Of a stretch of 64,000 nt of DNA, positions 48,335 through 56,425 are shown one piece after another. The notes beneath the pieces are model-generated. The model was not told the DNA's origin. It saw only the letters and a program-made list of their open reading frames with translations, and made no database searches. Source of the stretch: an uncultured bacterium (lineage in GTDB: Bacteria; Patescibacteriota; Minisyncoccia; UBA6257; 2-01-FULL-56-20); assembly GCA_963725235.1 (NCBI GenBank), contig CAVRXN010000003.1, positions 139,204 through 203,203 of the forward strand, given 5' to 3'. Position 1 is the first letter of the stretch, and every line of letters starts with the position of its first letter. The translations under genes were made by a program, and so were the position numbers.

Positions 48335-49894
48335 ATGGCCAAGAAAACAACTGTCCTCATCGTCCTCGATGGCTGGGGTATCGGGCGGCACGATGAAACG
48401 AATCCGATCTGGGTGGTGAAGCCACCGACGTTCGAGTGGCTGCGCGAAAATTATCCGATGACGAGCTTACAGGCATCGGGCATCGCCGTCGGCTTGCCGT
48501 GGGGCGAAGTCGGCAACAGCGAAGTGGGCCACATGACGCTCGGCGCCGGAAAAGTGCTCTACCAATACTTCCCAAAGATCACGATGGCGATCCAAGACGG
48601 AACATTTTTTGAAAACCAGATTTTGAAAGACGCGTTTGCACATGCGAAACAGACCGGCGGTGCGGTAAATTTTGCCGGCTTGCTGACGAAAGGCAACGTC
48701 CACGCATCGCTCGACCACCTCCTCGCGCTCATTAAAATGGCGCGAACCGAACTCGGCGACAACGCGAAAATAAATCTGCACCTTTTCGCCGACGGAAAAG
48801 ACAGCCCGCCGCATACACTGACAACTTTCCTCAAAGAAGTCCCGCACGAATATCTCGCATCGCTCATTGGCCGCTACTACGCGATGGACCGCAACAGCAA
48901 CTGGCGCCTAACGCAAACTGCGTACGAAACGATGACCGGCCAAATCGGCCAAATCGTCGACGATCCGGCGGCGATTATAGATGCGACCTACAAACAAAAT
49001 ATGACCGAGGAATATTTGCCGCCGATCCGGTTTGGTACCGACCAAGCGACAGCCGACGCAAAAAAAATAAAAGATGGCGACGCCCTCATCTTTTTCAACT
49101 ACCGCGAAGACAGCATCCGCCAGCTCGCCTCGTCATTTATTTTAAAAAGTTTTAATGAATTCCCGGTCCTGCCGCTGCAAAATTTGTTTATCGCAACCAT
49201 GAGCCACTATCGCGATGATTTCGACGTTCCCGTCATTTTTCCGGCCGACACGGTAGAAAATCCCATCGGAAAAATTTTCTCCGACCGCGGCATGTCCCAA
49301 CTGCGCCTCGCCGAAACGTATAAGTACGCGCACGTAACATATTTTTTTAATGGTCTCCGCGAACCGCCGTTCCCCGGTGAGTTCCGAACGCTCATCCCCT
49401 CAATCTCGGAAGTTCATCCCGAAGAACATCCCGAAATGATGGCAAGCTCGATAACCGACCGCTTGATCGAAGCCGTCCAAAGCAAGGGGTTCGATTTCAT
49501 CCTCGTCAATTATGCGAATCCCGACACGATCGCACACACCGCCGACTACAACGCCTCGCTCGAAGCCGTGCGCGTCATCGACCGTGAAATCGCGCGCGTC
49601 CTCGCCGTCGCCCAAACTCCCGACGTCCTCCTCGTCATTACCGCCGACCACGGCAACATAGAAGAATTGATCAGCCCGACAACCGGCCTTGCCGAAAGCC
49701 AACACGACCCCAGCCCCGTCCCGCTTTACATCATCGCCCCCGAATTCAAGGGCCGCAAATTTATGAACGCCGACACGTTCGAAACCGAAACCCTCGGCTC
49801 CCTCGCCGACGTTGCGCCAACCATTCTCGCCATCATGGGCATCCCCAAAGCGCCCGACATGAACGGCAGGAGCTTGCTTGACAATTTGATATAA
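48335..49894 (+). CDS. gpmI: 2,3-bisphosphoglycerate-independent phosphoglycerate mutase
   Basis: VLIVLDGWG, GNSEVGHMTLGAG and ADHGN motifs. 519 aa. Confidence 0.9.
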   Translation: MAKKTTVLIVLDGWGIGRHDETNPIWVVKPPTFEWLRENYPMTSLQASGIAVGLPWGEVGNSEVGHMTLGAGKVLYQYFPKITMAIQDGTFFENQILKDAFAHAKQTGGAVNFAGLLTKGNVHASLDHLLALIKMARTELGDNAKINLHLFADGKDSPPHTLTTFLKEVPHEYLASLIGRYYAMDRNSNWRLTQTAYETMTGQIGQIVDDPAAIIDATYKQNMTEEYLPPIRFGTDQATADAKKIKDGDALIFFNYREDSIRQLASSFILKSFNEFPVLPLQNLFIATMSHYRDDFDVPVIFPADTVENPIGKIFSDRGMSQLRLAETYKYAHVTYFFNGLREPPFPGEFRTLIPSISEVHPEEHPEMMASSITDRLIEAVQSKGFDFILVNYANPDTIAHTADYNASLEAVRVIDREIARVLAVAQTPDVLLVITADHGNIEELISPTTGLAESQHDPSPVPLYIIAPEFKGRKFMNADTFETETLGSLADVAPTILAIMGIPKAPDMNGRSLLDNLI

Positions 49895-49948
49895 GTGTGC
49901 TAAGTTAATAGGAGTACCAAATCCAAACTAGCGAGAGGTAGCAAAACA

Positions 49949-50323
49949 ATGTTTAAAGATGGCTCTGGACCACTCATATTTGGAGCGATCCTAACGATAT
50001 TCCTCTTGATCCCGGAATGGCTTGTCGGAACAATCGGCTATAATGTACTTGGCCAGATAATGCTTCGACGAATCGGCTTCGAAATCTTGGTTTTCGCCAT
50101 CATCGTGGCGATATTCGATACAAGCCTATTCCATGGTTACACATCCTTAATCGGTCCCGGATGCGTATTCCTGATTATAGGAATGCAGACCGAGAGCCGC
50201 GAAGCTGTAGTAACCATCGCCCTCACGATATTCATATCGTGGGCCGCAATGTTCCTGATCTACAGACTCCGAAAGCTCATGGACCCACGTCCACTCTCAA
50301 AACCGTGGGACGCTCGACGGTAA
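49949..50323 (+). CDS. hypothetical membrane protein
   Basis: 124 aa with 3-4 hydrophobic helices. No motif recognised. Confidence 0.5.
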   Translation: MFKDGSGPLIFGAILTIFLLIPEWLVGTIGYNVLGQIMLRRIGFEILVFAIIVAIFDTSLFHGYTSLIGPGCVFLIIGMQTESREAVVTIALTIFISWAAMFLIYRLRKLMDPRPLSKPWDARR

Positions 50324-50343
50324 GCATCTCTTCCCAACTCCTC

Positions 50344-50385
50344 CCGCTCCGCGCACACCTCGTGCCCGGAGCGGTTTTTCATTTT
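50344..50385 (+). terminator. rho-independent terminator
   Basis: CCGCTCCG-(GCAC..GTGC)-CGGAGCGG followed by TTTTTCATTTTT. Confidence 0.65.
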
Positions 50386-50398
50386 TAGCAAGAATATG

Positions 50399-50478
50399 GG
50401 CATCCCGCAGGCATGCTGCAAAAGAGCGAATCCGTTCTTACGGCTCTTCGCTCTTTTGCAGCATGCCTGCGGGATGCC
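50399..50478. repeat. nested palindromic hairpin element, member 4
   Basis: GGCATCCCGCAGGCATGCTGC-AAAAGAGCGAA-TCCG-TTCTTA-CGGC-TCTTCGCTCTTTT-GCAGCATGCCTGCGGGATGCC. Confidence 0.75.
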
Positions 50479-50484
50479 GTGTCA

Positions 50485-50493
50485 TGTTATAAT
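50485..50493 (+). promoter_or_regulatory. extended -10 (TGtTATAAT) 6 nt upstream of ATG 50500 (leaderless)
   Basis: TCATGTTATAAT-gaaaaa-ATG. Confidence 0.45.
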
Positions 50494-50499
50494 GAAAAA

Positions 50500-50886
50500 A
50501 TGCACTGGCTCTTCAAGCTGATCCTTGTAACCGCTGGCAATGCATTCGCACTCTGGCTCGCGAACTGGGCGTCGATGCGCTACTTCCCCGGTTTCATCCT
50601 AAGCGCGCCGATCGTCGGCCTTATAATAATCGCGCTCATATTAACAATCCTCAATTTCCTCCTAAAACCAGTCCTGACTTTAATCCTCGGTCCGCTGATT
50701 ATCATCACGCTCGGCCTCGGCCTGATCGTCGTGAACGCAATCGTCATCTGGGTGCTCGCCTACCTTTCCAACCTGCCGCAGTTTGACTTTATGCACGGAA
50801 GTATTAGTATTCAATCGATTCCCGCCCTATTCTTCGCGACCATCATTATCAGCATCGTAAACTTCGTCATCCACCTGATTACTTAA
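50500..50886 (+). CDS. DUF360 / phage-holin-4-like membrane protein
   Basis: ORF 50413 trimmed to ATG 50500 (MHWLFKLILVTAGNAFALWLA...). Four TM helices. LLKPVLTLILGPLIIITLGL is typical of this family. Confidence 0.65.
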   Translation: MHWLFKLILVTAGNAFALWLANWASMRYFPGFILSAPIVGLIIIALILTILNFLLKPVLTLILGPLIIITLGLGLIVVNAIVIWVLAYLSNLPQFDFMHGSISIQSIPALFFATIIISIVNFVIHLIT

Positions 50887-50901
50887 ATAATCATTAAAAT
50901 T

Positions 50902-51120
50902 ATGTTTCTCGCCATCGTACAAATCTTACTCTCAATCGCAATCATCACGCTCATTTTACTCCAGCAGCGCTCAGCCGGCACGTCCGGCCTCCTCGGCGGC
51001 GGCGACAGTGGAGGTGCGTACCAAACGCGCCGCGGCATGGAAAAAACCGCGTTCAACCTGACCATCATCCTTTCCATCGTGTTCGTAGCGCTCGCGCTGT
51101 ATCAATTAGTCCGGTCTTAG
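50902..51120 (+). CDS. secG: preprotein translocase subunit SecG
   Basis: 72 aa with two TM helices and LLQQRSAGTSGLLGGG, the SecG signature. Confidence 0.8.
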   Translation: MFLAIVQILLSIAIITLILLQQRSAGTSGLLGGGDSGGAYQTRRGMEKTAFNLTIILSIVFVALALYQLVRS

Positions 51121-51168
51121 TTCATCATCCCGCAACACGCCGGGGATTTTCATTTTGCAACCGCACCA

Positions 51169-52836
51169 ATGTCCTTCTTCAAAAAACTGTATTTCGCATT
51201 CACGAAGAAAGAGCGCATCCTCTTCCTCATTTCCTCGCTCGCTGCCGTCATTAGCTTCATCGTCGTAATCAGCATGGTCATCGCACAGGCGACGACGGCG
51301 TTTCCGTCGCACGGCGGCACGTTCATTGAAGGCGTCGTCGGCCAGCCGGAAAATGTAAACCCCGTGACGGCGCAAAGTGAAGCCGATTTAAGCTTGGTAA
51401 AATTGTTATACGCCAACGTCCCCGATATCGCCGACAGCATAACGTCGTCGACCGATGGCCGAACATGGACCGTCCACTTAAAAGACGGTCTCACGTGGCA
51501 AGACGGCCAACAGCTAACGAGCGACGACGTCATCTTCACCGTGCAATCGATCCAAGACCCCGACTCCGACTCCCCGCTCGCCGCAAGCTGGCAAGGCGTA
51601 ACCGTCAATCGCGTCAGCGAGCTCGAACTGACGTTCACCCTCGCAACACCCTACGCATTCTTCGGCGACAATCTCGCGAATCTCTACGTCATCCCAAAAC
51701 ATATCTTCGCCGACGTCCCGGTCGGCAATTGGCATTTATCCGATTACAATTTAAAACCGGCCGGCAGCGGTCCCTATGAATTCTCCTCTTACAACGAACA
51801 ATCCGACGGTTTCATTTCATCATACGATCTGACGGCGTGGAAAAACTATCCTGGGTCGCAAGCAAACATCAGCAACTTCGACCTCGCGTTTTTTGCAAAC
51901 ACGACCGACCTCCTGCAAAGTTTTAACTCCGGACAAATCAACGGTTTCGGCGGCATCTCGTCGCAAGACCTCGCAAGCATCAATCGCCCATATGACCTCT
52001 TCGCCTGGCGCACGCCCGGCTACTACGCTGTCTTCTTTAACACCAGCAAAAATTTAGCGCTGCAAGATTCATCCGTCCGCGAAGCGCTCGCCGTCGCCGT
52101 CGATCGAAACGGGCTCGTATCGCAAGCACTCGGCGGCAATGGCGCAACCGACTACGGCCCGATTCCGCCCGACGCTCCGTATTATGCGTCGACAACCGAA
52201 CCTGGATTTTCGACCGCTTCAACATCGGCGAGTGATTTCGCAACATCACTATTATCACAAGACGGCTGGGCCATCAGCTCGACGACCGGCTTTCGCGCAA
52301 AGACAATTCAGAAAGTTTCCGTGCCGCTCGTCGTTAATTTGACCGTGCCAGATATCGACTTCCTCGATCAAACCGCAGCGACGCTGCAAACCGACTGGCA
52401 AGCGATCGGCGTGCAGGTGAACATCGCGACCGACACTTCGGAAGACATTATCGCCAACACAATCAAAAACCGGACGTACGAATCGTTGCTCTTCGGCAAC
52501 GTCCTCGGCCCATCCTCCGACCTTTACTCATTCTGGGATTCATCGCAGCGCTTCTCCCCCGGCCTCAACCTCGCGATCTACGACAATCCGAAAGTCGATT
52601 CATTGATCGAGAACGCACGCACCGATCTCACAGTCGCCACGCGCACTTTGCAATTCGCAACCGCCCAGCAAGACATCGTCAACGACAACCCCGCCGTGTT
52701 TTTGTATTCGCCCGACTATTTGTACATAACCAACAAAGACATCCAAGGCATCTCGCCCGATTTATTGGTTGACCCATCGGACTTGTCGCGCGAACAGACG
52801 AGCTGGTATCTCAATACGGCGAGGGTGGTGGAGTAG
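51169..52836 (+). CDS. ABC transporter substrate-binding protein, family 5 (peptide/nickel, OppA-like), membrane-anchored
   Basis: 555 aa with an N-terminal TM anchor. LTWQDGQQLTSDDVIFT and the overall SBP_bac_5 pattern. No permease or ATPase genes adjacent. Confidence 0.75.
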   Translation: MSFFKKLYFAFTKKERILFLISSLAAVISFIVVISMVIAQATTAFPSHGGTFIEGVVGQPENVNPVTAQSEADLSLVKLLYANVPDIADSITSSTDGRTWTVHLKDGLTWQDGQQLTSDDVIFTVQSIQDPDSDSPLAASWQGVTVNRVSELELTFTLATPYAFFGDNLANLYVIPKHIFADVPVGNWHLSDYNLKPAGSGPYEFSSYNEQSDGFISSYDLTAWKNYPGSQANISNFDLAFFANTTDLLQSFNSGQINGFGGISSQDLASINRPYDLFAWRTPGYYAVFFNTSKNLALQDSSVREALAVAVDRNGLVSQALGGNGATDYGPIPPDAPYYASTTEPGFSTASTSASDFATSLLSQDGWAISSTTGFRAKTIQKVSVPLVVNLTVPDIDFLDQTAATLQTDWQAIGVQVNIATDTSEDIIANTIKNRTYESLLFGNVLGPSSDLYSFWDSSQRFSPGLNLAIYDNPKVDSLIENARTDLTVATRTLQFATAQQDIVNDNPAVFLYSPDYLYITNKDIQGISPDLLVDPSDLSREQTSWYLNTARVVE

Positions 52837-52849
52837 ACAGCACATCCCC

Positions 52850-52885
52850 GCGGCTGGATCACTAGATCCAGCCGCTTTTATTTAT
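52850..52885 (+). terminator. rho-independent terminator
   Basis: GCGGCTGGATC-ACTA-GATCCAGCCGC followed by TTTTATTTAT. Confidence 0.75.
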
Positions 52886-52887
52886 AT

Positions 52888-52917
52888 TTGACTTCTTGAA
52901 TGGGTCCGTGCTACACT
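52888..52917 (+). promoter_or_regulatory. sigma70-like promoter (TTGACT-18-TACACT)
   Basis: Lies immediately after the terminator. It would make ATG 52900 non-coding and favours ATG 52966 as the LAGLIDADG start. Confidence 0.4.
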
Positions 52918-52965
52918 ACAATTTCCAAGGTTGAACTCTCCTCATTAAAAACCGACTGGAAATTT

Positions 52966-53601
52966 ATGCATCCACGGCAGAAAGAGATAATTTGGACACG
53001 AGAATTAGCTTACGCAGTCGGCTTGATAACGACGGATGGCTGCCTATATTCTAATGGCCGAACTTTCGATTTTACGTCAAAAGACAGGGACTTGGTTGAA
53101 ACTTTTTGCAACTGCTTAAAAATAGAAAATAGAATCGGCACGAAAAAAAACGGGCACGGAACATCAACTTGCTGGAGGGTCCAATTTGGAAATGTTGTCT
53201 TGTATAAATTTTTACTAGAAGTCGGCCTAATGCCAAACAGATCAAAAAAGCTTAAAGAGCTAAATATTCCTGAGGAACTTTTCTTTGATTTTCTTCGTGG
53301 ACATTTAGATGGGGATGGATCGGTAAAAAGGTACCAAGACCCGATTTGGCCTAAAAGTACGCGGCTATATGTAGTTTTTATATCTGCTTCATCTCCACAT
53401 CTTGTTTGGATAAAAGAAAAGGTAGAAGAACTGCTGGGAATTTCTGGATTTATTCAATTTCATTCGGGTATATACTCTGTGACATTCAGTAAACATAATT
53501 CGATCAAGTTATTAAATAAACTTTATCCTGATCCGGATGTTCCGTGCTTGAAAAGAAAATTTGATATTGCGAAAGAGTTTCTAACAATGCCGAGGTGGTG
53601 A
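52966..53601 (+). CDS. free-standing double-motif LAGLIDADG homing endonuclease
   Basis: Two LAGLIDADG motifs: LAYAVGLITTDGC and FFDFLRGHLDGDGS. The ORF track starts at 52900. The stop TGA (53599-53601) lies inside the tRNA-Leu gene. Confidence 0.8.
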   Translation: MHPRQKEIIWTRELAYAVGLITTDGCLYSNGRTFDFTSKDRDLVETFCNCLKIENRIGTKKNGHGTSTCWRVQFGNVVLYKFLLEVGLMPNRSKKLKELNIPEELFFDFLRGHLDGDGSVKRYQDPIWPKSTRLYVVFISASSPHLVWIKEKVEELLGISGFIQFHSGIYSVTFSKHNSIKLLNKLYPDPDVPCLKRKFDIAKEFLTMPRW

Positions 53602-53675
53602 AATTGGCAGACACGTAGCGTTCAGGGCGCTATGACCGCAAGGTCGTAGGGGTTCAAATCCCCTCCTCGGCACCA
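53589..53675 (+). tRNA. tRNA-Leu (anticodon CAG), class II with long variable arm, encoded CCA
   Basis: Manual fold. Acceptor GCCGAGG/CCTCGGC and D stem GTG/CAC. Anticodon stem TAGCG/CGCTA with loop TTCAGGG. Variable arm GACC-GCAA-GGTC. T arm AGGGG-TTCAAAT-CCCCT, discriminator A, CCA. Confidence 0.9.
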
Positions 53676-53695
53676 AAAATTAAATTTTGATTAAA

Positions 53696-54136
53696 ATGAC
53701 CGATTGTGCCTTTTGTACATCGCCAGCAGTTAAGGAGCGACTTATAGCTCAAACCGATCTCGTCTGGGCGTTCCCAACTAACATTCCGATAACTCCCGGC
53801 CACGTTTTGATTTGTCCAATCCGACACATCCAAACGTTTGAAGAGCTCACCCCGCAAGAAAAAGAAGAAATTTTCGTACTCGCTACAAAAATTAAAATTA
53901 CATTAAAAGAACTTTTTGGCGCGGAAGGATTCCACCACGCGTGGAACGAAGGAAAGGTCGCCGGCCAGTCAGTCCTCCATTTTCACCTGCATATCGTTCC
54001 ACGGAAGCAGGGCGATGAAGGCATTACAGAATACGAACCTCGAAAATTTCTCTATCGCCCTGGTTCGCGTGAGGCAACATCGGAAAAAGAATTACAAGCA
54101 GTCGCAGCACAAATTAAAAATAAATTAAATTCGTAA
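53696..54136 (+). CDS. HIT family protein (HinT-like nucleotide hydrolase)
   Basis: Histidine triad HFHLHIVPR and N-terminal CAFC. The track starts at TTG 53687; ATG 53696 is preferred. Confidence 0.85.
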   Translation: MTDCAFCTSPAVKERLIAQTDLVWAFPTNIPITPGHVLICPIRHIQTFEELTPQEKEEIFVLATKIKITLKELFGAEGFHHAWNEGKVAGQSVLHFHLHIVPRKQGDEGITEYEPRKFLYRPGSREATSEKELQAVAAQIKNKLNS

Positions 54137-54154
54137 ATAAATAAACATTAACCC

Positions 54155-56234
54155 ATGATTAAAAAACCTGATTCAACTGAAAACAATAAAAAAGAGCAGC
54201 CGAAGGAGCGCGCGCGCATAAAGCCGCCTGAGATTCGGCCGCGGCCAAAGATCGAACCGAAAGAGCCGGGCACGATTCAGATTGGCCGCACGGAAGAGCG
54301 CTACATAAATAGCGAGCGGGGCGAGGATCGGAACGGTGCTGACCGAAACCGCCCGCACGGCGGAAACAGCGGCGGAAGCAACAGTGGTCGACCAGGCGGC
54401 GGCCGCAGCAATCGCCCACCGCGCCGCCAAAGCTTACCGCCAGTTGGCGCCATCAGCCGCTCGAGCGCATCGAAGTTCGGCAACGGCCATCTCGGCCAGT
54501 TCGGCTCGAACGGAAACGGTGGCGCAAACGCAGCTGGCGCAAACGCCGCAGCAATCCCACCCGGCAACCCCGACGCCGTCCGCTTCGTCCCGCTCGGCGG
54601 CCTCGAAGAAGTCGGCCGCAACTGCATGTTCCTCGAATACAAAAACGAGATCGTCATCATCGACGTCGGTTTACAATTCCCGGAAGATGAAACGCCGGGC
54701 ATCGACTACATCATTCCGAACATCCAATATCTCGAAAAGAAAAAGCAAAACATCGCCGCGATCATTTTAACGCACGGCCACTACGACCATATCGGCGCGC
54801 TCCCGCATCTCCTCGGCAAACTCGGCAATCCCCCGATCTACGCGACATCGATCACGAAGGCAATCATCGAAAAGCGCCAGGACGATTTTCCGAATTCGCC
54901 GAAAATGAAAATTATCACGGTGAAGAATCGGCGACGAGATGAAAATCTCGCCGAACTTCGACGCCGTGTTCTTCGGCGTGCCGCACACGATCCCAGAAAC
55001 GACCGGCGTTTTGATGAAAACGCCGGCCGGCAACATCGTCCACTTCGCCGACTTCCGCGTCGACTACAACGACGAAGGCGAGCCGCAGGGCCTCGACGAG
55101 TTCGAGCGGATCGGCAAGATGGGCGTCCACAGCTTTATGGTAGACAGCACGAACGCGGAAAAGCCCGGCCACTCGGTCTCCGAAAAAACCGTCGAGCGCA
55201 ATCTCGAAGAAATTTTCAAAGCTGCTGAAGGCCGCATCATCGTCGCAACATTCGCATCGCTCCTGACCCGCATCGCGGAGATCATCAAGATCGCCGAAAA
55301 GCTCGGCCGCAAAGTCGCGCTGAACGGCTACTCGATGAAAACCAACATCCAGATCGCGGAACAGCTCGGCTTCATCAAAGCGAAAGAAGGCACGATCATT
55401 TCCGTCGAGGAAGTTGCAAAATACAGCGACGACAAAATCATGATTTTGTCGACCGGCGCGCAGGGCGAATCGAACGCCGGCCTGATGAAAATGATCAACG
55501 GCGAACATCGCCACATCAAGATCAAACCAGGCGACACGTTCGTCTTCTCGTCGTCCGTCATCCCGGGCAACGAACGCAGCGTGCAGTCCGTTAAAGACAA
55601 CCTCGCGCGCCAGGGCGCCATCGTTTTCCATCCGCACTCGTCGACATCCACTCATCCGGCCATGCGCCGAAGGAGGACTTGAAGCTCGTGATGAAACTCA
55701 TCAAGCCGAAATTCCTGATTCCGGTGCACGGCTATTATTTCATGCGCGCCGCGAACGGCCAGTCCGCGCGCGAAGTCGGCATCCCGCGAGAGAACGTCAT
55801 TCTGATGGACAACGGCCAAGTCGCCGAACTAACGCCCGGCGAATTCAAGATCACGAAAGAAACCGTGCCCGCATACTACGTCATGGTTGACGGTCTTGGC
55901 GTTGGCGACGTCGAAGAAGTCGTCTTGCGCGACCGCCGCGCACTCGCCGCGGAAGGCATGATGATCATCATCCTGACGATGGGCGCCGGCAAAGGCGGTC
56001 GCCTGCTCAAAAACCCCGACATCATCTCCCGCGGCTTCATCTACTTAAAAGAGAACCAGGAAATGCTCGACGAAATCCGCAAACGCATCCGCGCCGTCAT
56101 GCAACGCATGCCAGCACAACCAAGAAATCGAACCCGATTACCTGAAAACGCTAATCCGCGACCAAGTCGGCCAATTCATCTATAACAAAACCCGCCGCCG
56201 TCCGATGATTTTGCCGGTCGTGATTGAGGTGTAA
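54155..56234 (+). pseudogene. rnj: ribonuclease J with three or more frameshifts and an N-terminal low-complexity extension
   Basis: Metallo-beta-lactamase motif LTHGHYDHIGALPHL, a beta-CASP region, DIHSSGHAPKEDLKL and C-terminal RRRPMILPVVIEV* (stop 56232-56234). Frame changes near 54929, 55635 and 56110. The first ~150 aa are K/E/P/R/G/N-rich. Confidence 0.85.
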
Positions 56235-56236
56235 GG

Positions 56237-56264
56237 TTGACAGCAATTATAGCGAGAATATAAT
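56237..56264 (+). promoter_or_regulatory. sigma70-like promoter (TTGACA-16-TATAAT) of trpS
   Basis: TTGACA 56237-56242 and TATAAT 56259-56264. About 160-nt leader before ATG 56426. Confidence 0.55.
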
Positions 56265-56346
56265 AAAGGAACTATTGCCACAGAGAGTCCATCTCAAAGC
56301 TCAGGATCGATCGGTTCGTCATGAGCTTCGAGATGGATTCCGGGCA

Positions 56347-56380
56347 CCCGAGGATCCCGCAAGGGATCCGGTTTTATTTC
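56347..56380 (+). terminator. leader terminator/attenuator upstream of trpS
   Basis: CCG(ag)GATCCC-GCAA-GGGATCCGG followed by TTTTATTT. Located between the promoter and the trpS start, preceded by a 13-bp hairpin (56290-56335). Confidence 0.5.
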
Positions 56381-56425
56381 GAAGAAAATTTGCCAATAAA
56401 AACGCCATCCGCTATCATCAATAGC

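Noticed and set aside
53589-53675. Group I intron or split tRNA hosting the LAGLIDADG ORF
   Set aside because: The tRNA-Leu folds as a contiguous canonical class II tRNA with an intact anticodon loop. The ORF lies upstream and overlaps only the first 13 nt, so it is not inside the tRNA.
54915-55655. 246-aa minus-strand ORF opposite rnj. Similar shadow ORFs: 58044-58835, 59013-59762 and 58570-59139 opposite ileS; 45206-46003 opposite the Wzy-like gene; 27879-28622 opposite the GT2 gene; 20045-20665 opposite wzx; 1036-1560 opposite pepO.
   Set aside because: All are antisense to genes with strong motif support and have low-complexity composition. None has an RBS or promoter context.
56265-56425. 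Canonical T-box riboswitch call for the trpS leader
   Set aside because: A terminator and a Stem-I-like hairpin are present. However, I could not find the conserved T-box 14-mer (AAnnnGGGUGGnACCnCG) or a convincing UGGN bulge in an antiterminator. I kept it only as an unclassified attenuator candidate.
56321-56425. N-terminal extensions offered by the ORF track (trpS from 56321, pepO from 2388, DUF360 from 50413, DedA from 11981, GT9 from 31726, LAGLIDADG from 52900)
   Set aside because: The extensions run through promoters, terminators, hairpin elements or the upstream gene and lack family similarity. Internal ATGs coincide with conserved N-termini and with RBS or -10 signals.
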